DNA of 64,000 bases from Acidimicrobiales bacterium (GCA_050744225.1 JBOGGT010000134.1:4401-68400); one strand, 5' to 3'. Counted from the first letter of the stretch, positions 1 to 9,393 are shown. Translations and numbers: made by a program. Notes: generated by a model from the sequence alone, not told the origin.

Positions 1-624
1 TGCCCAGCATCCCCATCTGGTAGGCCCACGCCTTGGCTTGAACACGTGTTGCCTCCAGGCCCGGATTCAACCGAGCGGGCCAGGGGACATATAAGTCGGG
101 TAGCTCAAATGGTTTGCACTATCCGCGCCTGCCCTCCTTGTGAGTCGGCGGGCGGAACAACTGGAGTGCCGGTCGGGCCCGCGTCCCGGCTGGGGGGCAA
201 CCTAGGCTCACCAGCCCCACCGACGCTCCATTCTCGCTCACGGCCAAGACCACCACCGAGGCGTCTCTACTCCCTTCGTTAGCGTCCTAATTGATTGTCG
301 TGTTCATTATCCAGGAGCGAGCCCCGTTCGGCTACGAGTCAAACGGTTGCATTTCCCTGGTCCTTTCGGACTAGCGGCTGAAACCGGAACGTGGACGATG
401 GAGGTCATGACCCTCGCCAGGTCCAACCCAGTAGCTCGGCTGCGGAAGGCCCCCCCGTCCTACGTCCTCCAACTCGCCAGGCGCTCGTCCATCCCAAAGG
501 GGTACTTCGAAGTAATTTCGTTCAGTTCGCCGCATCGCCGTGCCCCCCACGCTCCCGCCAAAAGGCACGGGGCCGGGCACTCGACACGCCCGACCCCCAT
601 CTGCTAACCCTTGAAGCGCTCCGA

Positions 625-1140
625 TCAGCCCCCCAGGCTGCTCGTGGCTCCAGTCAGCGCGCTGAGCAGGGAGTTCAGCAGGCCCGTGACCCCGCCCAGG
701 CCGGACAGGCTCGACAGCAGCCCGGTCACCTGGCTGACCGCCCCCTCCAGCTGGCTCAGGATGCCACTCAGGATGCCGGTGACCGCACCGGTGCCGCCGA
801 GACCGCCGAGGCCACCTGTCAGGCTTCCCAGCTCCGCCAGCACGGAGTTGACGATGCCGTCGACCTCGGCCAACGTGAGGATGGCTGTCCCCGAGACGGT
901 GGCGAGTGTCGAGGCGAGGACGCCCTCCAGCTCGGCGATGATGCCCTCGGCGTTCACCAGCGAGCCCACCGCGGCGGTGACTTCGCTGAGCAGCTGCGAG
1001 ATCGACAGGCTGGAGACTACGGGAACAGAGGCTGAAGAGGGGGCGGCCTCGGCGATGAGGATACCCAAGCCACCTGCGGCAAGCGTGGAAGCTGCTACGG
1101 CGCTGATGCCTGCTCTACGAAACAGCGTACGTGCGTTCAC
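625..1140 (-). CDS. secreted Gly/Leu/Ser/Thr-rich low-complexity protein, function unknown
   Basis: 171-aa ORF with a GTG start a few nt after a GGAAG SD-like motif. Clear signal peptide (MNARTLFRRAGISAVAASTLAAGGLGILIAEAAPSSA). The rest is repetitive GL(L/T)S..G motifs; no family recognised. Confidence 0.5.
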   Translation of the reverse strand: MNARTLFRRAGISAVAASTLAAGGLGILIAEAAPSSASVPVVSSLSISQLLSEVTAAVGSLVNAEGIIAELEGVLASTLATVSGTAILTLAEVDGIVNSVLAELGSLTGGLGGLGGTGAVTGILSGILSQLEGAVSQVTGLLSSLSGLGGVTGLLNSLLSALTGATSSLGG

Positions 1141-1457
1141 TGACTTCCTTTCTGTTGGGGGGAGCGGTCGGGGTCAGGTGACCTCGGCCAAATGGGGAAT
1201 ACGCCCCGGTTTGGGGAAAAGGATTTTGGTTCCGGTTCCGCCGATCACACCAATTCGCTAAATGAGTGCTAGATCCAAGCCCAGCCAAAGAACCACATGG
1301 CCCTACCCTCCTTTTTCGAGTCGATCCAACAAGAATGGATGTCCAGTTGCTCCCTAATTGTCCCGTTTACCCCGCTTGGTGTCTATGAGTCGAAAGGTCG
1401 ACTTGACTGGTCCTTTGGAACTGGCGCCGGCGAGCCCTGGACTCCTACACTGAGTCC

Positions 1458-2774
1458 GTGTCCATCGAAAAGTTGAGTGCGTCAGCAACAGGGAAGCTTT
1501 CGACCTACTTGGATGTCGCCCTGGGCCTGGGCTTCTTCGCCGTTGGCGTGAGCTGGCTGGGGACAACGACCCCGGGTGTCGCAGCGACCCACCAGCCATA
1601 CGCCCTCGGCGTCCTCCTGGTAGCCCTGCTGACCCTCCCGCTCGTGGCCCGGCGCCGCCTCCCCCTGCTTGTCCTGCTGATGACTATGGCCGCGACGGTC
1701 CCTTACGCGATCTTCAAATTCCCCCCCGGTCCCATCGACCTGGTGGAACTGATAGCGATCTACACCGTGGCGGTGCACCGGCCCCCGAGGGTGCTGGGCA
1801 TCGGGTGGGTGATCGTGCTCGCCACCCTCGGGATGCTTTGGGCGACGAATCCGCTCTGGGATGCCGGCGCTGCCGAGTACGGGGCGGTAAGCGTCCTGTT
1901 CGGCCTGTTCACGGTGGCCGGGCTCCACCAACGGTCGCGCCTGCGGATGATGGCCACCCAGGCCGACCGAGACGCCGAGATCGAGCAGGCCCGGGAGGAT
2001 CAGGCCGTGGCCGAGGCCCGGGTTGCCATCGCACAGGAGCTGCACGACGCGGTGGGCCACGCCCAGACGGTGGCGCTGCTCCAAGCGGGTATCGCCAGGA
2101 TGACCTTTGACAGCGACCCGGTCCGGTCGCGGCGGGCGCTGGAGGTAGTCGAGGACCGCAGCCGCGCAACGCTCGAAGAGATGCAGCTGCTGGTCAACTC
2201 CCTGCGCAACAGCGGTGATGCCGATTCTCGGTCTCCGCTGCCCACCCTCTCCGACCTCGACGCCCTGGTGGCCCAGAGCACCGCCCTCGGGCTCGAAGTG
2301 AGCCTCAACAGGGGGGGCACGTACCGCAAGCTGCCTGCTCCGGTGGAGGTATCGGCATACCGGATCATCCAAGAAGCACTCACAAACGTTGCAAAGCACG
2401 CCAACGCGGAGCGCGTCGAGGTGGACCTGTGCTACCGGGACAGAGAGCTATTTATCGAGGTGCGCGACGACGGTGTGCCGCTGCCACGGGGCGCGGGCTC
2501 GTCGATCGCCGAGCTGGTCCGCCTCCGGCGACATGAACCGGACAGGACCAGGCTGAACGGCGGGAAGGGCATTCTCGGGATGCGGGAACGCGTATCTGCC
2601 CTCGGCGGGTCGCTGGCAGCCGGTCTGCGCCGCCAGGGTGGGTTCGCGGTCACTGCGTGGATACCGATACCTGAGATGGCTTCCACCTTCGATACCGTCC
2701 AGCCGGAATCGGTGGCAACCCCTCCCTTGCGACTGGTCGAAGCCAAACCGGCGGAGCAGAGCCAGGCCAGTTGA
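1458..2774 (+). CDS. sensor histidine kinase, NarL/DesK type (HisKA_3 + HATPase_c)
   Basis: N-terminal TM helices, H-box AQELHDAVGH, N-box EALTNVAKHA, and a G-box-like GKGILGMRERV. Its stop overlaps the response-regulator start (TTGA at 2771-2774). Confidence 0.85.
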   Translation: MSIEKLSASATGKLSTYLDVALGLGFFAVGVSWLGTTTPGVAATHQPYALGVLLVALLTLPLVARRRLPLLVLLMTMAATVPYAIFKFPPGPIDLVELIAIYTVAVHRPPRVLGIGWVIVLATLGMLWATNPLWDAGAAEYGAVSVLFGLFTVAGLHQRSRLRMMATQADRDAEIEQAREDQAVAEARVAIAQELHDAVGHAQTVALLQAGIARMTFDSDPVRSRRALEVVEDRSRATLEEMQLLVNSLRNSGDADSRSPLPTLSDLDALVAQSTALGLEVSLNRGGTYRKLPAPVEVSAYRIIQEALTNVAKHANAERVEVDLCYRDRELFIEVRDDGVPLPRGAGSSIAELVRLRRHEPDRTRLNGGKGILGMRERVSALGGSLAAGLRRQGGFAVTAWIPIPEMASTFDTVQPESVATPPLRLVEAKPAEQSQAS

Positions 2775-3499
2775 GCCCCGCCGGTACCGCGACGACGGTC
2801 GTGGTCGTCGAGGACGAACCCCTGCTGAGGGCGGGCCTGAGCGGGCTGCTGGGCGCCGAGGGCCACCTCCGGGTGGTGGGCGAGGCAGCCGACGGTCGCG
2901 AGGCGATCGCGGTCATCCGCGAGACCCGACCGGATGTCGCCCTGCTCGACATCCGGATGCCGCTCCTGGACGGGATAGCGGTCACGCGGACGGTGACCGC
3001 CGAGGCGGGAGGCCCGCGGGTGCTGCTACTCACCACCTTCGCCTCGGAGGAGTCGATGATGGAGGGCCTCAGCGCCGGCGCCAGCGGCTTCTTGCTCAAG
3101 AGCGCCTCACCCGAGCAGGTGATCGCCGCGATCCACGCGGTCGCCGCCGGCGAGTCGGTGGTTGCGCCCAGCATGACCAGATCGCTGATCGATCGAGCGG
3201 TGCTCCGCCAGGGGCGGGTCGGCGACGCGCAGACAGGCACCACCCACTTTCCAGACCCACCGCAGCCCGCCGCACAGGCCCGACCCTTACAGGCGCTACC
3301 CGGCCTCAGCCCGAGGGAGACCGAGGTCCTCGTACTCATTGCTCAAGGGCGTTCCGACAAGGCAATCGCCCGCACCCTGGGCGTCGCCCTCCCGACGGTC
3401 AAGTCTCACGTCCACCGGGTCTTGTACAAGCTGGATGTCAACAGCCGGGTGCAAGCCGCCCTGGCGGCCAGGGACGCGGGCCTGGTCGGACCGCGCTGA
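2771..3499 (+). CDS. response regulator, NarL/LuxR family
   Basis: REC domain (VVVVEDEPLLR...DVALLDIRMPLLDG...VLLLTTF) plus a C-terminal LuxR HTH (LSPRETEVLVLIAQGRSDKAIARTLGVALPTVKSHV). Confidence 0.9.
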   Translation: MSPAGTATTVVVVEDEPLLRAGLSGLLGAEGHLRVVGEAADGREAIAVIRETRPDVALLDIRMPLLDGIAVTRTVTAEAGGPRVLLLTTFASEESMMEGLSAGASGFLLKSASPEQVIAAIHAVAAGESVVAPSMTRSLIDRAVLRQGRVGDAQTGTTHFPDPPQPAAQARPLQALPGLSPRETEVLVLIAQGRSDKAIARTLGVALPTVKSHVHRVLYKLDVNSRVQAALAARDAGLVGPR

Positions 3500-3523
3500 G
3501 CGCGCTGTGCGAGCTTATACTGG

Positions 3524-3805
3524 GTGGCCATGAGGGTGCGGCGGATGGTGATCGGCGTGGTTACAGCCGGAGCGGGGGTTGGGTTGGCCAAGGGCGTCCG
3601 GCTGTGGCGCCTCCACCAGGGTCCCGAGCCGGCCATCCGCCCAGGGGACTGGCCACCGGTGCCGAGCCCGGCGGGGGGCGGGTCGGTGCCGAGCCCGGCG
3701 GGGGACTGGCCACCGGTGCCGAGCCCGGCCGGCTCGGGAGGCCACCAGCAGAGCCCGGCGGGGGGGGCGGCCGACGGGAGTGGGCACGATGGGGCGGCGG
3801 GATGA
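3524..3805 (+). CDS. small membrane-anchored Pro-rich repeat protein (hypothetical)
   Basis: ATG start, one N-terminal hydrophobic helix (VIGVVTAGAGVGLA), then a GDWPPVPSPAG repeat. Its TGA overlaps the next ORF's ATG (ATGA at 3802-3805), which argues for real coupled translation. Confidence 0.4.
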   Translation: MAMRVRRMVIGVVTAGAGVGLAKGVRLWRLHQGPEPAIRPGDWPPVPSPAGGGSVPSPAGDWPPVPSPAGSGGHQQSPAGGAADGSGHDGAAG

Positions 3806-4131
3806 GCCAAATTATTCAAAAAGGGTACCGCTGCAGGGCCTGCGGGAACCGAACCCGCTTCGACGTGACCGTCACCAGCCGGATCCGGGCGTTCTACCAC
3901 TACAGCCTGGGTGGCGAGCTGGCGCTCGAGGACCCCGAGGTGCTGGCCGAGACCGTCGAGTCGGTGGTCTGCCGGTGGTGCGGAAACGGATCCGCGGTAG
4001 AAGCCCTCTCAGGCGATGCTGACCGCGTGGACCTCGGAGATGCCGGCTTCGGCGGCGATGCGGCTCCGGACCTCGGGGCCGACGGCCGCGTCGGTGGTGA
4101 GCACCATGAGAGCGGTGCTGCCGTCGGATGA
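3802..4131 (+). CDS. small zinc-ribbon protein (CxxC...CxxC), hypothetical
   Basis: MSQIIQKGYRCRACGNRTRF...VVCRWCGNGS gives a four-Cys ribbon. There is no in-frame stop until 4131, so the tail overlaps the serA 3' end by 123 nt. Confidence 0.5.
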   Translation: MSQIIQKGYRCRACGNRTRFDVTVTSRIRAFYHYSLGGELALEDPEVLAETVESVVCRWCGNGSAVEALSGDADRVDLGDAGFGGDAAPDLGADGRVGGEHHESGAAVG

Positions 4132-5577
4132 CGGGTCCACGGCCATGTTGGCGATGTTGAGCCCCGCGTCGCCCAGCGCAGTCCCGATCAGGCCCACCTT
4201 GCCCGGGCGGTCCTCGTAGACCACCACCAGCATGTGGGCAGCCGGGCGCACCTCCACCATGTGGTCGTCCACCATCACGATTCGGGGCTCTGAGGCCAAG
4301 CCCGCCAGGGTCCCCGCCACCGAGTGGCCTCCGCCCCGCAGGGTGATCTGGTTGACGTAGTGGCGGGTGGTGGAGGTGGTGGTCTCTCTGATCTCCAGGC
4401 CCCGCTCCGCGGCCAGCTGGGGGGCGTTGACGTAGCTGACCGGCTCCTCGGTGCCGGCGCCGAAGAGTCCCTTGAGCACCGACAGGGTGAGGATGCGGGT
4501 GTCCACGGATGCCAGGCCCCCCTGGTACTCGATCCCAAGGCCCTCGGGCAGGCCGGCGCACACCGACGCCAGGAACCGCCCGAGCCGCTCTGCCAGCGGG
4601 AGGAACGGCCGCACGGTCTCGGACGCCTCCGCCGCGGCCACGTTGACCGCGAAGGGCACGAACTCCCCCGCCAGCGCCAAGTTGACCTGCTCGGCGATTG
4701 TGACCCCCGCCTTGTCCTGCGCCTCGATGGTGCTGGCGCCCAGGTGCGGGGTGACCACCACCGAGTCCAGCTCGAACAGCGGCGACTCGGTGGTCGGCTC
4801 GGCGGCGAACACGTCCAGGCCGGCCCCTCCGACGCGACCGTCGCGGATTGCCTCGGCCAGCGCGGCCTCGTCCACGATGCCGCCGCGGGCGGTGTTTATG
4901 ATCCTCAGGCCGGGCCGCGCCATCGCCAGCAGCTCCTTGCCGATCAGCCCCAGGGTCTCCTTCGTCTTGGGCAGGTGAACAGTCACAAAGTCCGCCACCT
5001 GGATGAGGTCCTCCAGGTCCATGAGCTCGACGCCCAGCTGCTTGGCCCGCTCGGGGGCGAGGTAGGGGTCGTACGCCACCAGGCGCATCCCGAAGGCGCT
5101 GGCGCGCTGGGCCACCAGCGTTCCCACCCGGCCCAGGCCGACCACCCCGAGGGTCTTGCCGTGAAGCTCGACGCCCTCCCAGCGGGAGCGCTCCCACCGG
5201 CCCGCAACCAGGGCCGCATGCGCCTGGGGGAGGTTGCGGGCCTGAGCCAGCAGCAGGGCCATGGCGTGCTCGGCGGCAGAGAGGATGTTGGACTGGGGCG
5301 CGTTCACCACCATCACACCCCTCTTGGTGGCCGCGCGGACATCGACGTTATCCAGCCCGATCCCGGCCCGGCCCACCACCACCAGGTCGGTCCCAGCGCC
5401 CAGGGTTTCCTCGGTCACCTGGGTGGCGGAGCGGATCACCAGGGCGTGTGCTCCGCTGACCGCCTGGATGAGCTCGCCTGCGGTCAGGCCCAACCGGACG
5501 TCCACCTGGTGCCCAGCCTGAGCCATCGCGGCCAGGCCCTGCTCCGCGAGCTTCTCAGTGACCAAGATCCTGGACAT
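4009..5577 (-). CDS. serA: D-3-phosphoglycerate dehydrogenase (long form with ACT domain)
   Basis: [10 protein letters not shown]..., NAD-binding [13 protein letters not shown], catalytic region TARGGIVDE...[11 protein letters not shown], and a C-terminal ACT-like domain. I used the internal ATG at 5577 rather than the upstream extension to 5664. Confidence 0.93.
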   Translation of the reverse strand: MSRILVTEKLAEQGLAAMAQAGHQVDVRLGLTAGELIQAVSGAHALVIRSATQVTEETLGAGTDLVVVGRAGIGLDNVDVRAATKRGVMVVNAPQSNILSAAEHAMALLLAQARNLPQAHAALVAGRWERSRWEGVELHGKTLGVVGLGRVGTLVAQRASAFGMRLVAYDPYLAPERAKQLGVELMDLEDLIQVADFVTVHLPKTKETLGLIGKELLAMARPGLRIINTARGGIVDEAALAEAIRDGRVGGAGLDVFAAEPTTESPLFELDSVVVTPHLGASTIEAQDKAGVTIAEQVNLALAGEFVPFAVNVAAAEASETVRPFLPLAERLGRFLASVCAGLPEGLGIEYQGGLASVDTRILTLSVLKGLFGAGTEEPVSYVNAPQLAAERGLEIRETTTSTTRHYVNQITLRGGGHSVAGTLAGLASEPRIVMVDDHMVEVRPAAHMLVVVYEDRPGKVGLIGTALGDAGLNIANMAVDPSSDGSTALMVLTTDAAVGPEVRSRIAAEAGISEVHAVSIA

Positions 5578-5659
5578 GGCCTTTGAGCCTAATGGGGGTT
5601 GGGGGTCTTGGGCAGTGCTCCTTTGGCCGGACCGGCGAGGCGCTCGGGCCTGGTCGCCC

Positions 5660-5707
5660 TTCATGGAGTGATCAGCTGCACTTAACTGCAGCTAATCACT
5701 CCATGAA
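5660..5707 (-). terminator. 21-bp-stem hairpin downstream of the Rpf-like gene
   Basis: TTCATGGAGTGATCAGCTGCA-cttaac-TGCAGCTAATCACTCCATGAA (one mismatch), 27 nt after the stop at 5734. No U-tract, as is common in high-GC actinobacteria. Confidence 0.5.
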
Positions 5708-5733
5708 AGCGACACGGCCCTGCCCCGACCCGG

Positions 5734-6717
5734 CTAGAGCCCGAGGGCGGCGGCGCAAGCCGGCCACTGGCCCCAGCCGCTTTGGGCCTGGAGCTGCATC
5801 GCGGCTTGGTCCTGGGTGGTCGGGGACGCGTCGCTTGGAAGCCCCGCGTGTCCGAGCCCGGACCAGGTGGAGGCGGAGAACTGGTAAGCCCCGTAGAAGC
5901 CGTTGCCGGTGTCCGCGCCGTAGTCGCCTCCAGACTCGCACTGACGCAGCTCGGCGAAGTCCCCACCGAGGGAACTGTGCGCCACCGGGGGTGGGGTGCT
6001 GGCCAACGCGACCACCCCGGTGGGGGTCGGGTTGCCCTGTGGTGCCGGAGCGCCGGGGGCTACCTCGGCCGCCACCACCGCTGAGGCCATCTGCTGGACC
6101 TGGGAGAGGGTGGCCTCTTCGTTGCTCAGGGTCACCTGCAGGCTCTGGTTCGCGGAGGCCAGGCTGGCTGCCGCGGACTCGGCGCCGCGCAGCTCACTCG
6201 CCAGGGCGGCCTTCTGGGTGGTGTAGGTGGCCTTGGCGGTCACATAGGACTGCTCGGTGGCCTGGACCTGTCCCGCGGTGGCCTGCAGGTCAACCTGGCC
6301 TATCTCGTAGGAGCTGGTGTCGCCGCCCAGGACGTCCAGCACCTGACTCGGCGCCGTTCCGATATCGACGTAAGCGGCGACCGCCTCGCGCTTGAGCTCA
6401 GTCTTCGACTGCGCGATGACCTGCCCGGCCGAGGCCACCATGGCCCGGGCCTTGGCCTTGGCAGCCTCGAGGGTGTTCACCTTCGCCAGAGCATCCTGGT
6501 AGGCCACGTTCAGCTGGTGTACCCGTGCTGAGTCCGCCGTGATCTGGGCCGCCAGTGCCGCCACCCTGCTGCTGCCCGTCTGCGCCGACGCAGCCGGGAT
6601 CGGCAGGACGGTCAGCTGGGTCAGCCCAGCCACCACCAGGACGGCAAGCACCGACAGACGACTCCTGGCGACCCTGCCCCCAGCGCCAGCCCGAGATCTC
6701 CCCCCTGCAAGGTGCAC
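5734..6717 (-). CDS. resuscitation-promoting-factor (Rpf)-type transglycosylase with N-terminal coiled-coil module
   Basis: Signal/TM segment and a long coiled coil. The C-terminal Rpf domain reads LRQCESGGDYGADTGNGFYGAYQFSASTWSGLG...QDQAAMQLQAQSGWGQWPAC. Confidence 0.8.
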   Translation of the reverse strand: MHLAGGRSRAGAGGRVARSRLSVLAVLVVAGLTQLTVLPIPAASAQTGSSRVAALAAQITADSARVHQLNVAYQDALAKVNTLEAAKAKARAMVASAGQVIAQSKTELKREAVAAYVDIGTAPSQVLDVLGGDTSSYEIGQVDLQATAGQVQATEQSYVTAKATYTTQKAALASELRGAESAAASLASANQSLQVTLSNEEATLSQVQQMASAVVAAEVAPGAPAPQGNPTPTGVVALASTPPPVAHSSLGGDFAELRQCESGGDYGADTGNGFYGAYQFSASTWSGLGHAGLPSDASPTTQDQAAMQLQAQSGWGQWPACAAALGL

Positions 6718-6843
6718 AACGCCCTCGATGATAGACCCTCTGGGGGATCTTCGCCAAAATTGACCGACTCCGCCCTTTAGCCAGCGGATATACCCGCCGG
6801 ATGGCGGAAAGACCTCGGCGGAAAGACCCCCGCGGAGAGGCCT

Positions 6844-7863
6844 TTAGGCGATGGCCGACGCGAAGGAGAGGTTGAAAGGTGTCGCCCCGGATACCGGGAG
6901 ATGTACCGCCGCTCCGTCCAGCGACACCTGGACATTTCCTGGGTCCCCGAGCCGGACCCAAATCGAGCCCCTTGCCTTGAGGGTCTTGGCGACGCCTGCC
7001 TGAAGGACACCTTGGTAGAGGGTGGTGAAACTGGTCGCACTGGGCTTGGCCTCGACCCAGCATGGCCCGGTGACCATCAGTGCCAGGGTCAACTTCGACG
7101 ACGACACCTGGTACGTCGCGCTCCCCGACCCGGTGGACAGCTGGGTAACAGTGGTCTGGGTGGCGGCGGATGGCGGTGTGGAAGGTACCGAGGTCTGCGA
7201 ACCTGGGCTCTTGGCCGCCAACGAGGCATGGGGGGAATGAACCGAGACGGATGGGGACCCGCTCAGGCCAAACCCGACGCCGAACCCGACCCCAAGCCCG
7301 ATCACAGCCAACCCAGCGGCCACCGCCCCCAACGTCTTGTACCGCCGCCCGCTACTTGACCTCGGCCGGGCGAAGCCGGTCGGGGCTAAGGGCCTCGGGA
7401 CCAGGGGACTCGACGGGCCGGTCGGGCCGATCGGGGCGAGGCGGGGCGGGCTTGTAGCCCCGCCGGACAACGAACCCGCGGGCGGGGGCGGCGCCGAAAC
7501 CGGACCAATCCACACGATGCCAGTGTCGGCTAGCGGTAACCGCGACGCCAGCACCGCTGGTCTTGGGGCCGGAACCTGGCGACCCGCCACGAGGCCCGAC
7601 TCAGCGCCCCTCCCGAACAAGTGTGCCCCTTCGGCCGGGTCCTGCGATTCCGGGTCCTGCGATTCCGGGTCCTGCGATTCGAGGGCTTCGACCGGCGGCA
7701 CCACACCGTCCTTGCTGCGCTCCGCCATGCTCGCCAGCACCGCCATCGTCGCCCCGTGACTGTTCACGGACCCTCCCACCCGGCGCCAGGGCCGGCGCAC
7801 CAGGAGCGCTGGCACGCCGAAGACCACCACCACCAAGGCGACGATGATAAAAAAGCTCGCCAT
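6844..7863 (-). CDS. membrane protein with C-terminal DUF4115 (RodZ C-terminal-like) domain
   Basis: Two TM segments and a Pro-rich linker with ESQDP x3. The C-terminus (TLALMVTGPCWVEAKP...IWVRLGDPGNVQVSLDG) resembles the RodZ C-terminal domain. No N-terminal HTH. Confidence 0.6.
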   Translation of the reverse strand: MASFFIIVALVVVVFGVPALLVRRPWRRVGGSVNSHGATMAVLASMAERSKDGVVPPVEALESQDPESQDPESQDPAEGAHLFGRGAESGLVAGRQVPAPRPAVLASRLPLADTGIVWIGPVSAPPPPAGSLSGGATSPPRLAPIGPTGPSSPLVPRPLAPTGFARPRSSSGRRYKTLGAVAAGLAVIGLGVGFGVGFGLSGSPSVSVHSPHASLAAKSPGSQTSVPSTPPSAATQTTVTQLSTGSGSATYQVSSSKLTLALMVTGPCWVEAKPSATSFTTLYQGVLQAGVAKTLKARGSIWVRLGDPGNVQVSLDGAAVHLPVSGATPFNLSFASAIA

Positions 7864-7991
7864 CCTTCGCTAAGCCTCTCTTCTGCTCCTCACTTCTGAG
7901 CTGTACCTACCCATTCAAGCGAACTTTGGACCTCTTTTGTCGTCGCCCAACAGACCCTGGGCCCCAACAGACCCTGGGCCCCGACAGGCTC

Positions 7992-8543
7992 CTAGGTCCG
8001 CAGGCCACACACGGGGCGTCGCCCCGCCGGGATAGACCCCCGAGCCGGGTTGGCCCGGTCCCGCGCCGAGACTACCGGGGCACTCACCCCCCAGTCCGCC
8101 CCCACCTCGGGGTCGTCCCAGGCCACACCCAGCTCATCCGCCGGGTTGTAGTAACCGTCGACCAGGTAGGTGAGCGTCATGTCCGTGAGGGCCACGAAAC
8201 CATGGGCCACGCCGGGCGGGATGAACACCCCCAGCTCGTGGATATCGCCGATCTCCACCACCAGCGTGGCACCGTCGGTGGGCGACCCGACCCGCAGGTC
8301 GTGCAGCACCACCCGCGCCCTGCCCCAGGGCACGTACCAGTAATCGGCCTGGTGCAGGTGGTAGTGCAGCCCGACCAGCGCCCCGGCCTCCTTGTCCGAC
8401 CGGCTCGCCTGCACCATCTCCCGGCCCAGCGGGAACCACGACCGGCGGTAGGTCTCCACGAACCGGCCCCGTTCGTCGGCGTGCACGGTGGGAGCGACCA
8501 CCATCACATCGGCAATTACTTCCGAGGCTGTGATGGTCGTCAC
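7992..8543 (-). CDS. rmlC: dTDP-4-dehydrorhamnose 3,5-epimerase
   Basis: DERGRFVETYR...GLHYHLHQADYWYVPWGRARVVLHDLR...GVFIPPGVAHGF cupin motifs typical of RmlC. Confidence 0.85.
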   Translation of the reverse strand: MTTITASEVIADVMVVAPTVHADERGRFVETYRRSWFPLGREMVQASRSDKEAGALVGLHYHLHQADYWYVPWGRARVVLHDLRVGSPTDGATLVVEIGDIHELGVFIPPGVAHGFVALTDMTLTYLVDGYYNPADELGVAWDDPEVGADWGVSAPVVSARDRANPARGSIPAGRRPVCGLRT

Positions 8544-8554
8544 GCCTCCTCACG

Positions 8555-9376
8555 CTAGTCCGAAATTGCGGCCTCCATCAGGGCGATGTAATCCTCCAAC
8601 GCTGCCGCGATAAAAGCCTCTGCGTGCCCCCGCCCCATGAGCCCATGGATCGAGCGCCAGCGGGCCAGACCCAGGGCCGCGCTCACGTCGAAGGCCAGGT
8701 GGGCGGTGACGTGCGCCTCCAGGGCCCGGCGCTTGCGGTCGAGCACCTCCGAGATATCCACTATGCGGTTGGCGGGCAGGGGGGTCCAGGTCTCGTAGCC
8801 CCAGACCTCCAGGTTCCCCGGCGCTCCCGCCCGGGCGAGTGCGGCGCTGAGTGCCCGGTGGTCAGGGTGGTCGTCCAGCCACCAGGGCAGGAACACCACC
8901 TCCGGCGCCAGCTCGGCCACCAGGGAGCTGATCGCCGCCGCCAGCGCCGGCACCTGATCGGTGAGGCCCCCGTCCGCCAGCCCCAAGAAGCGCGGCGAGC
9001 CAGCCCCGATCACCCGGCACGCCGCCTCCGCCTCACCCCTGCGCAGGGCGCCGGTCTCCGCCCTGCTGAGCGCGGACCCACGCGTGGCCTCCCCGTCGGT
9101 GGCGAACACCACCCGCACCTCTGCCCCGGCGTCGGCCAGCAACGCCAGGGTGCCCGCTGCTCCCACGCTCTCGTCGTCGGGGTGCGCCGCCAGCACCAGC
9201 ACCCTGGCGAACGCCGGCCGGCCCACCACCGGCCCGGGTCCGGCCAGCGAACGCAGGCTGAGCAGCACCGGCCAGGCCCCCTCCGGCACCACCGGCTTGG
9301 CCCGTGCGATCGCCCGCGCCACCACCCCCCTGGCGGCAACCGCGGGACGGGAGTGGGCACGGCGGGTGAGGAACAC
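8555..9376 (-). CDS. PIG-L/LmbE family deacetylase
   Basis: VLVLAAHPDDESVGAAGTLALL...VVFATDGE...HPDH motifs. Confidence 0.8.
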   Translation of the reverse strand: MFLTRRAHSRPAVAARGVVARAIARAKPVVPEGAWPVLLSLRSLAGPGPVVGRPAFARVLVLAAHPDDESVGAAGTLALLADAGAEVRVVFATDGEATRGSALSRAETGALRRGEAEAACRVIGAGSPRFLGLADGGLTDQVPALAAAISSLVAELAPEVVFLPWWLDDHPDHRALSAALARAGAPGNLEVWGYETWTPLPANRIVDISEVLDRKRRALEAHVTAHLAFDVSAALGLARWRSIHGLMGRGHAEAFIAAALEDYIALMEAAISD

Positions 9377-9393
9377 GGGGGAAGATTACTTAA

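Noticed and set aside
90-180. tRNA/tmRNA-like fragments (GGGTAGCTCAAATGG resembling a D-arm; GGATTCAACC resembling a T-loop on the other strand).
   Set aside because: No complementary D-stem (TTGC instead of GAGC), no 7-nt T-loop flanked by a 5-bp stem, and no acceptor stem or CCA context. I could not build a cloverleaf or tmRNA fold.
2638-4131. 497-aa plus-strand ORF spanning the response-regulator gene and beyond. Other very long ORFs are similar: 3872-5197(-), 4324-5586(+), 11195-13288(+), 16368-17393(+), 25437-26378(-), 30492-32657(-), 32967-34019(-), 37198-38748(+), 52878-54146(+), 55177-56520(+) and 62681-63973(+).
   Set aside because: Their translations are Arg/Gly/Pro/Ala-rich low-complexity strings typical of wrong-frame or antisense reading of high-GC DNA. 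They overlap ORFs with clear family motifs. Only the last ~110 codons of 2638-4131 (the zinc-ribbon ORF from the ATG at 3802) look genuine.
5578-5664. N-terminal extensions of called ORFs: serA to 5664, guaA to 37911, guaB3 to 40130, groES to 54445, tsaB to 57778, dienelactone hydrolase to 27827, rbfA to 62295, and the exonuclease to 48001.
   Set aside because: Family-typical N-termini begin at internal ATG or GTG codons, several with SD motifs or ATGA coupling to the upstream gene. The extensions overlap neighbours and are low-complexity.
6718-6843. Possible c-di-AMP (ydaO-type) riboswitch upstream of the Rpf-like gene; I also looked upstream of the NlpC/P60 genes at 30380-30494 and 31710-31847.
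   Set aside because: Such riboswitches commonly precede rpf and NlpC/P60 genes in Actinobacteria, and the minus strand has weak resemblances (CGCGGGGGTC, ATCCGCTGGCTAA). However, the hallmark GGGGUGAAUC and CCGAAYCCGNCAGCUAACCUCGUA segments are absent, and the 126-nt spacer is too short for the full pseudo-symmetric fold plus a promoter. An Infernal RF00379 scan would settle it.
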